Assembly (NCBI GenBank): GCA_014728035.1
Contig: WJMJ01000141.1
Coordinates: 1 to 22,116 of the forward strand
Source of the DNA: Promethearchaeota archaeon
GTDB taxonomy: Archaea > Asgardarchaeota > Thorarchaeia > Thorarchaeales > Thorarchaeaceae
DNA: 22,116 nt
Direction: 5' to 3'
Each line of letters starts with the position of its first letter. The stretch's first letter is position 1. Made by a program: the position numbers and the translations under genes. The notes below the pieces were generated by a model. That model had not been told where the DNA came from. It saw only the letters and a list, made by a program, of their open reading frames with translations, and did no database searches. Positions 16,083 through 22,116 of this stretch are shown in pieces.

Positions 16083-16151
16083 TTCGTTACTGTTATGAAC
16101 ATACTTTGAATGTACCTATCTGACTTCGTTGGAATTCCCTTACTTCAATAA

Positions 16152-18029
16152 TTATTCAATGAAGGATTCAGGTAGAATTCTATCACCGTGTTTTTCTTGA
16201 GCTTCTTCTAATCTCTCATGTTGTGCTTCTAATACTTTGAAGAGTATGTCAGGGGCATCAGGAATGGTTTCTTCGTACACTTTGAGAATCCTTTCATTCT
16301 TCGCTAGTAATTGTGGAACTCTAATTGAGAATAGATTATCATATTCTTCCTTTGGGAAACCCTTGTCAAGATGTCTATGGAATAATTTCTTGAGATCTTC
16401 GTAGAAGGGTAGATATCCTGTAGGTGTCTTTATTGCATCTATCTCTCCATGTGAGCGTAATTCCATCCACTGAAGCCAGACACGTTTATCCTGCTTATCG
16501 CTGATGTATTCATCATTTTCATCTGTAAGGAAATAGTTCACACTGAATATTCGTGGTAGAACATCCACGTCTTTACCAAAATCAAGATGGTTCTGGATGT
16601 ATTTACCTATAGATATGGATACGAAGTCCATGTTTGAGAATGGATTGAATTTGCGAACACCACTCGGACCTAAGGTAGCTGCAGTGGTTTCTGATTCAAG
16701 GCTTGCTCCCATTGTGATGACACCATGTTCCCAGTCGAATGATTCCTGAACAGGTACCCATGTATCGCGGTCACGTCCGCCATAGATGATACCCCCAACA
16801 ACTACTCCTCGTGGGTCATCAATTTGGTCATCCATATTGGAGAGGTCTGGCAATCGAACGGTATATCTAGCATTCTTATGTGCATATGGGATTTCGTCTC
16901 CATTTTCATCAACCTTCCCTTCCCACCATTGTCCTGAGTGATTAACACCTCTTTTAGGTGGGTCTTGTCCGTCCCCAAGCCATCTTGGTTCTGAATCTTC
17001 AGTTATCAGAACATTCGAAAAAATTGCAGGCACTTGTGAATGAAGAACATCCCATATCACGGGGTCGTCTCGTTCATTTACGGACCTAATGATACCAAAT
17101 ATACCTCTTTCAACATTTACTGCTCGAATGCGTCCATCGATTGGCCTTAGATATGCCAGATCATCTCCAATTATTGTGGTACCTCTGACCATAGAAGTAC
17201 TAGTCTTTCCACATCCTGAAGGAAATGCTCCAGTAAAGTATGTCTTTCTTCTTCCAGGTCCTTTTACGCCCATGAGGAACATATGTTCTGCAAGCCAATT
17301 CTCTCGGTTGGCTTTTCGGATTGCAAGTCGCAATGCGAGTTTTTTCAAACCAATAGTATTGCCAGCGTATTGTGTATTGTAGCTGTAGACGGTGTTTTCT
17401 TTGTAATCGATTGCCACACCTCTTTTCTTCCAGTCTGTACTAACTGCATGAATCAGCTTGCCTGAAGAGTGCATCATCCAGAAAATCTCTCTGTCCTCCG
17501 GTAGTCTTCGAAAGTATTCATATCCACGTCGATACAATAAATCCTCACTATGAGCTACATAGAACGAATCAGTAATCTGGACACAAGGTATCGAGAAGGG
17601 CGAATCTAAAGGACCCAAGCAGAAGAATCGAACCACCATCTTCTTGTTTTCCATATTTCCGTCCATACGATTCCGAACCATCTTGAGACCTTTTTCTCGA
17701 TCCATCTGGGCCAGTTGCTCTCCAAGACTTTCTCCCTCTGGAACAAGATAGAGTGTTCTTTCTTTATCGCGAGCTTGGTCAAAGAAACCATCAAAGTGTA
17801 CAGTATGATATGGGTTGGCTAGTGGAGCTTCTTCTCCCCTTGCTATAGCTGTTCTTCTGATATATTCCGTGTCCATTCTGCTGTCATTGCAAACAAAGAC
17901 TTTCATTGGCTTGCAAAGTTCAATTGCCTCTGCTACAAATTTGTGTACTCTGCGATTTGGTATTGCGAGCAGTTTCCTAAAATTTACATCTGTAAGAGCG
18001 GCTTCAAGAATGGCTATGTAGTCAGTCAT
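16152..18029 (-). CDS. pckG: Phosphoenolpyruvate carboxykinase (GTP)
   Basis: 625 aa; DQARD, QITDSFYVAHSE, YAGNTIGLKK, WLAEHM, P-loop signature GAFPSGCGKTS, IGDDLAY, NARYT, IIYGGRD, ETTAAT and FSVNYF motifs of GTP-dependent PEPCK. Confidence 0.97.
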   Translation of the reverse strand: MTDYIAILEAALTDVNFRKLLAIPNRRVHKFVAEAIELCKPMKVFVCNDSRMDTEYIRRTAIARGEEAPLANPYHTVHFDGFFDQARDKERTLYLVPEGESLGEQLAQMDREKGLKMVRNRMDGNMENKKMVVRFFCLGPLDSPFSIPCVQITDSFYVAHSEDLLYRRGYEYFRRLPEDREIFWMMHSSGKLIHAVSTDWKKRGVAIDYKENTVYSYNTQYAGNTIGLKKLALRLAIRKANRENWLAEHMFLMGVKGPGRRKTYFTGAFPSGCGKTSTSMVRGTTIIGDDLAYLRPIDGRIRAVNVERGIFGIIRSVNERDDPVIWDVLHSQVPAIFSNVLITEDSEPRWLGDGQDPPKRGVNHSGQWWEGKVDENGDEIPYAHKNARYTVRLPDLSNMDDQIDDPRGVVVGGIIYGGRDRDTWVPVQESFDWEHGVITMGASLESETTAATLGPSGVRKFNPFSNMDFVSISIGKYIQNHLDFGKDVDVLPRIFSVNYFLTDENDEYISDKQDKRVWLQWMELRSHGEIDAIKTPTGYLPFYEDLKKLFHRHLDKGFPKEEYDNLFSIRVPQLLAKNERILKVYEETIPDAPDILFKVLEAQHERLEEAQEKHGDRILPESFIE

Positions 18030-18306
18030 GATACTGGCCTCATCACTACCGAGTGTGACCTGTGCCGAGAAGGTCCCTTAATAATGCTCGTGCCAGCGGC
18101 AAAGTATATTCTTACATTAAAGATAATGTTCAATATCTGCTAATCGTATCAAAAAATTGTTCTTTACTCATGTTATTCTTTTAGTTTCCAATTGATGTGT
18201 TTGAGATTTCATATTCAAAGGTAGACGATACTAAATTCTCACATGCTAATTATTATGGTCCTTTTCTTTCAGTTAATTACTGGACTTGAAATAGACCACC
18301 TTGATG

Positions 18307-18684
18307 TCAATCAAATTGTTCTGTATTGAACAAGGCAATATAGAGGAATACAAGATCAATAATGAGTAGGACAAAAAACATTACTGCTATTGGTGCAATC
18401 TCAAAATGGATATAATATCCTGGACTTGCAATTAACGTGTAGAAGAGTGCTCCTAGTGCAAATATGAATATTTTATCTGCCCATCGAGTCTTCTTTTCGA
18501 GTCCTATTGCGGATAATAGAAGAAGAATCGCTGTGGCAACTTCTGCCAGAATATGCGCAATTATCCGGAAAAACTCAGTTTGTAATTCTGGTATCTGGCC
18601 AGTTGCGAATAGCATGGTCCACAACATGATCATTGAAATGCCCACAAAACCACAGTATATTGAAGCAATTCTTCTTAGATTCAT
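18307..18684 (-). CDS. Hypothetical small 4-TM membrane protein
   Basis: 125 aa with four hydrophobic helices; polar in-membrane motifs HILAE and SPGYY; TATA-like TTTAAAAA about 40 nt upstream of the ATG. Confidence 0.8.
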   Translation of the reverse strand: MNLRRIASIYCGFVGISMIMLWTMLFATGQIPELQTEFFRIIAHILAEVATAILLLLSAIGLEKKTRWADKIFIFALGALFYTLIASPGYYIHFEIAPIAVMFFVLLIIDLVFLYIALFNTEQFD

Positions 18685-18730
18685 TATTTCCGCCTAGTTA
18701 TCCGTGGTTTATTTTCATCTTTTTAAATTG

Positions 18731-18773
18731 TAAGGATGAAGTAATCTTTGTATCGAACACTGATTCATCCTTA
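18731..18773. promoter_or_regulatory. 10-bp perfect inverted repeat just upstream of a TATA-like box (operator, or terminator hairpin of the upstream GNAT gene)
   Basis: TAAGGATGAA (18731-18740) and TTCATCCTTA (18764-18773), 23-nt spacer. Confidence 0.45.
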
Positions 18774-18860
18774 ATGAAAAATCCCGTTTAGTTATATCAA
18801 ATTCGGAAAGAAGTTTTCTAGATTTGACGCCAGTCTGATTCTATTTTAGTAATTCTGTTT

Positions 18861-19658
18861 CTATAGAAACAATGTCATTTTGAACAACTTATGGTGTAAG
18901 TCATAACCTCTTTTTTCACATTCTTTAGTAAGTTTCTCATTATCATTCTGAGTTATGCGGATGTAGTCGAATTGTGGTAGCATATACGGTTTCAATCCAA
19001 TTATGAAATCATCAAAGCTATCAAGCAAATCTATCTCGAAGGGAAAACATCCAGGGAATGATGGTGTGAACCTACACGCTCCAACTATTTCTAATGCATC
19101 ATTCTTCAATGTAAATACAAGATGTTGGAATTGTAAAAATTGTTGAATTTGGCCTTCAGGAAACGAATTATACTTTTCCTCAACATATTTGATTTCGTCC
19201 TTCTTGATTGGGTGACAGGTATAGAGACCTTTTCCTTTAAGACTCTGAAGTGGGACGAAGAATTGCCAAGCTTGTCCTGATATTTCGAACCCAAATTTTT
19301 TGTAAAGTCCTTGAGCTATGTAGTTATCTTGTTGAGTGTACAAATGTATTGATTTTATTCCTTTCTTACGAAACCATTTCAGTGCTTCTCTAACTAAAAT
19401 GCTCCCATATCCTTTGCTTTGATGCTTTGGAGCAACAGCAACTCTACCAAGATGTCCTTGATCATCCCCAAAAGGTGCAACAATCAGTTGACCGACAATT
19501 TCTTTTTTGATTTCAAGAGCAAAGAAACCTTCTCGTGTAACACGTTTCAAGAAAGAATCCCTTTTCATAGTATCATCCCCAAAGGAATGAATATCGAAAC
19601 TATGAAACTCCGGCCAATCTTTTTCAGTCATCTCTCTGAGTATTGGTTCTTCTCTCAT
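18861..19658 (-). CDS. GNAT-family N-acetyltransferase (N-terminal GNAT domain + second, probably degenerate, domain)
   Basis: ILREMTEKD start, motif A RVAVAPKHQSKGYGSILV, motif B NYIAQGLYKKFGF. Confidence 0.9.
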   Translation of the reverse strand: MREEPILREMTEKDWPEFHSFDIHSFGDDTMKRDSFLKRVTREGFFALEIKKEIVGQLIVAPFGDDQGHLGRVAVAPKHQSKGYGSILVREALKWFRKKGIKSIHLYTQQDNYIAQGLYKKFGFEISGQAWQFFVPLQSLKGKGLYTCHPIKKDEIKYVEEKYNSFPEGQIQQFLQFQHLVFTLKNDALEIVGACRFTPSFPGCFPFEIDLLDSFDDFIIGLKPYMLPQFDYIRITQNDNEKLTKECEKRGYDLHHKLFKMTLFL

Positions 19659-19717
19659 ATACGTTCAAGTATTTACGGATTTTTCCCCATGAAAAATCTG
19701 TGGTTAAACTATATTGA

Positions 19718-20575
19718 CTATCTTTTGATTCTCTTTTTTGCTAGAAACTCGGCTTCAGTTCGTTTGTAACCTTTGGCATAGAGATAATCGAGAATTGAAT
19801 CGTGTTTGTCCTCAATCCAGAACACCACGTTATCAGTCTGGATTTCACAATGGGCTCTCTTTACAACTGCCTTTCCATATCCTGGCTTGAATGCAAATGA
19901 GACCGTTGTACAACTTTCTTCTTTGGAATCTTGCACTAATTGGATGAACCCAACAATAGCATTTGCTTCTGGTTCAAAAATAACATAGCATCCACCACCT
20001 CTAATTACATATTCCCATTCTTTGGGGTCTCGATGTCCCCAATATGTATCAGGTTCGAGATGAATTAGAATTGGTATGTGATCTAGTGTTGCTATTTGAA
20101 TCTGAAGTGCACTATCACCAGGGTCTCCAAGAGCTGGTCCATCGAGTCGTAAGATTAGTGATTGGATACCGTAATCCAAGTTCTCGACAAATTTAACTGC
20201 TTCCAGACTATGAGTCTTCAGAGCAATTCCATAATGAGTCATATTTGTGATATGTGTGAGAAATGCTGCTTCTGAATCTTCTACTATAGCTCTTCCTATT
20301 CCTTTCTTTCGCCAATCAGGATGGATTGCCAATTCCCAAATAACCCCCCATCCAAGACTCGATATTATTATATTGATGGCAACGCCAACAATTTTTCCAT
20401 CTACCTCGGCGATCCTCCAGAAATTCTTCAGGTCTCCATTGACAAGACTTCTATCCCACCATCGAGCAAATCTGGCGAAGGGCATATCTGTTACATCTGG
20501 AATGCCAGTTCGATATACTTCAAAGAATTCTACTTTTTCATCATTTTTAGGTGGTCTAACTGTTATCTCCGCCAT
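19718..20575 (-). CDS. GNAT-family N-acetyltransferase (tandem-domain)
   Basis: DGKIVG, motif A ELAIHPDWRKKGIGRAIV; the second half has GNAT-like IVGF, KPGYGKAVV and YLYAKGY; SD-like GGAG upstream of the ATG. Confidence 0.88.
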   Translation of the reverse strand: MAEITVRPPKNDEKVEFFEVYRTGIPDVTDMPFARFARWWDRSLVNGDLKNFWRIAEVDGKIVGVAINIIISSLGWGVIWELAIHPDWRKKGIGRAIVEDSEAAFLTHITNMTHYGIALKTHSLEAVKFVENLDYGIQSLILRLDGPALGDPGDSALQIQIATLDHIPILIHLEPDTYWGHRDPKEWEYVIRGGGCYVIFEPEANAIVGFIQLVQDSKEESCTTVSFAFKPGYGKAVVKRAHCEIQTDNVVFWIEDKHDSILDYLYAKGYKRTEAEFLAKKRIKR

Positions 20576-20777
20576 GAATTTTTTCTCCAGATTAGATTAG
20601 TGTGAATGATACTTCTTCAGTGTTAATCACTTATTATTGTTATATGAATTTGCTTGTAGAATATGGAATTCTGGAAGAAATTGAGTGAATGAATCTCTAA
20701 AGACCAAAATAAATAACGTTACAAGTCCAACCCTATTATTTAGGTAATTCTAGAACAAAAAAACTGTTTTCGAAAAT

Positions 20778-21461
20778 TCAAATTCTTTTACTGATAAATT
20801 GTTCAAGTCCGTCAATTTTTATTGTAATCCCAATACCTCCAAGAAACGGCTCTCTATCTTGTGATGTCAATGGTTCATCTACTAGGATTCTTTTGAGAGC
20901 CATAATTGCAAGGTCATGAGTGACGTGAATGTGAAACATTGGTGTTTCTTCCTTTTTCAATCGCTCTAGTGTATCGCCAAGTAGGATTTCTCTATACTCA
21001 TCGAAATTTTGAATCATGTTCCCAAACTCCCCTTCCGCCCATTTATTGACAAACTCGTGTACATTTTTTCCATCTGGCTGTAGATTTTCCCAGACAGCTT
21101 CGTCATTGAACTCAGGAGCGACTAGGATGGGAAGATTATCTTTTTCAATAATTTTTCCACCTCTCTCTTCAATAGCTTGAGAGATTTCTTCAGCGGTCTC
21201 GTAACATCTTGGAACAAAACTAAACCAAATCTTGGTTGGAAAATTGGTAGGTAAACGTGTTCCCATCTCATATGCCATATTCTTACCAAGATCAGTCAAG
21301 CCTGTATTGAATTGTTCTGAGTGATCTTTTATGACCTCTCGATGAGAGTGTCGCAGAAATAGCATGATACGATCATCAGACGATCTTTCTTGTATCCAAT
21401 TTACTAACTCTCTTGCATTTGTTAACCAATCGATTTGGTTCCATTTCTCAGATTTCAACAA
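20778..21461 (-). CDS. Histidine phosphatase superfamily protein
   Basis: MLFLRHSHR catalytic motif, LTDLG, SFVPRCYETA, IHVTHD. Start re-called to TTG at 21461 (SD GGAG 5 nt upstream, removes overlap with the next gene); the track gives 21554. Confidence 0.85.
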   Translation of the reverse strand: MLKSEKWNQIDWLTNARELVNWIQERSSDDRIMLFLRHSHREVIKDHSEQFNTGLTDLGKNMAYEMGTRLPTNFPTKIWFSFVPRCYETAEEISQAIEERGGKIIEKDNLPILVAPEFNDEAVWENLQPDGKNVHEFVNKWAEGEFGNMIQNFDEYREILLGDTLERLKKEETPMFHIHVTHDLAIMALKRILVDEPLTSQDREPFLGGIGITIKIDGLEQFISKRI

Positions 21462-21528
21462 ATTCGCTCCTGTATCAGGAGAAGAAAACATACAAGAAGT
21501 ACTATTCGGTAACGGTATGCGTTTCGTT

Positions 21529-22116
21529 TCAATGATGAGTAATATTATTTTCAAGTTCTAAGACAGCAAGATGTCCACAGTCATTCAATTTCTTAATTGT
21601 CCGTTCTCCTAGATTATTTACTCTTAGCCACGTTATGTTACAAGTATGTTGGTCAAAATTGATTCCACTATCTGGTGGGAGTCCCAGCCATACCGAGATA
21701 ATGCAACGTATCATATTTCCATGACTTACTATCACAGCACATTTGCTTTCTTCCCTTTCAATCTCCTGCAGAACTCTTTCAGCTCTCTCGTAGAGCATCC
21801 GCCAGGACTCTGCACCCTCAAACGGTATCCAATCAACAAGAGGATTACTGGTTGGATTCATGATTTTTCTTGCTTCAGAAATCGGCAGTCCTACTGCAAC
21901 ACCGTTGTTAAGCTCACGAAGATTCCTAAGAATAATTAGCTCTCTGTTGAATCTTTTACTAATCTTTTCTGCTGTTTCACTTGCTCTCATAAGATCACTA
22001 GAGAATAATGTGAAATCTCTTGAATCAAACATATCAAAAAGGCGATTTGCGACAGCTTGCGCTTGTCTTTGTCCACGTTCTGTAAGAGGTGTATCTGTCC
22101 AACCCCCAGATATATC
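21529..22116 (-). CDS. Histidine phosphatase / phosphoglycerate mutase family protein (5'-truncated by window edge)
   Basis: Frame is open from 22116 (DISGGWTDTPLTERGQRQAQAVANRLFD) into the track ORF 21529..22032; SSDLMRASETA, LRELNNG, GAES, IVSHG, LNDCGHL. The RHG motif presumably lies outside the window. Confidence 0.92.
   Translation of the reverse strand, partial: DISGGWTDTPLTERGQRQAQAVANRLFDMFDSRDFTLFSSDLMRASETAEKISKRFNRELIILRNLRELNNGVAVGLPISEARKIMNPTSNPLVDWIPFEGAESWRMLYERAERVLQEIEREESKCAVIVSHGNMIRCIISVWLGLPPDSGINFDQHTCNITWLRVNNLGERTIKKLNDCGHLAVLELENNITHH

Noticed and set aside
2206-21531. Selenocysteine or pyrrolysine read-through of TGA/TAG stops
   Set aside because: For the stops I checked (2208, 8226, 14449, 18861, 19718, 21529) the proteins look complete and another in-frame stop follows within about 25 codons.
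21462-21554. N-terminal extension of the 258-aa phosphatase ORF in the track
   Set aside because: It overlaps the upstream gene's 3' end; TTG at 21461 has an SD at standard spacing.
3325-21939. Remaining 60-117-aa ORFs overlapping the long genes (e.g. 4872..5159, 6730..7026, 10215..10511, 14108..14452, 17089..17382, 19419..19769, 20247..20600, 21646..21939)
   Set aside because: All overlap well-supported CDSs, mostly antisense, and show no domain signal.
1-22116. CRISPR array, tRNA, rRNA or IS element
   Set aside because: No regularly spaced repeats, cloverleaf or transposase ORF seen; all intergenic gaps are under about 280 nt.

Overview
An AT-rich, gene-dense chromosomal window with no visible mobile element, CRISPR array, rRNA or tRNA. 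Gene content suggests an Asgard archaeon, most plausibly Thorarchaeia; this is inferred from protein architectures, not a database search. The left half (1-12 kb) is a cell-surface cluster: a 5'-truncated acidic, C-terminally anchored protein and two ~1200-aa paralogues (signal peptide, right-handed beta-helix/NosD-like repeats, three Ig-like repeats, TM anchor). A UvrD/PcrA helicase lies between the paralogues on the opposite strand. The right half is all minus strand: a D-2-hydroxyacid dehydrogenase, a 7-TM protein fused to a cytoplasmic longin-like domain, a receptor-like protein (ectodomain, Ala/Gly-rich segment, 4 TM), GTP-dependent PEP carboxykinase, a small 4-TM protein, two GNAT acetyltransferases and two histidine phosphatases (the last 5'-truncated). 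The best candidate for an uncharacterised system is the 7TM-longin fusion, a possible receptor coupled to small GTPases, with its ectodomain-bearing neighbour. Also notable: GC-rich hairpin plus U-tract terminators, two related in sequence, follow specifically the four large surface-protein genes, and the two beta-helix genes share upstream motifs.
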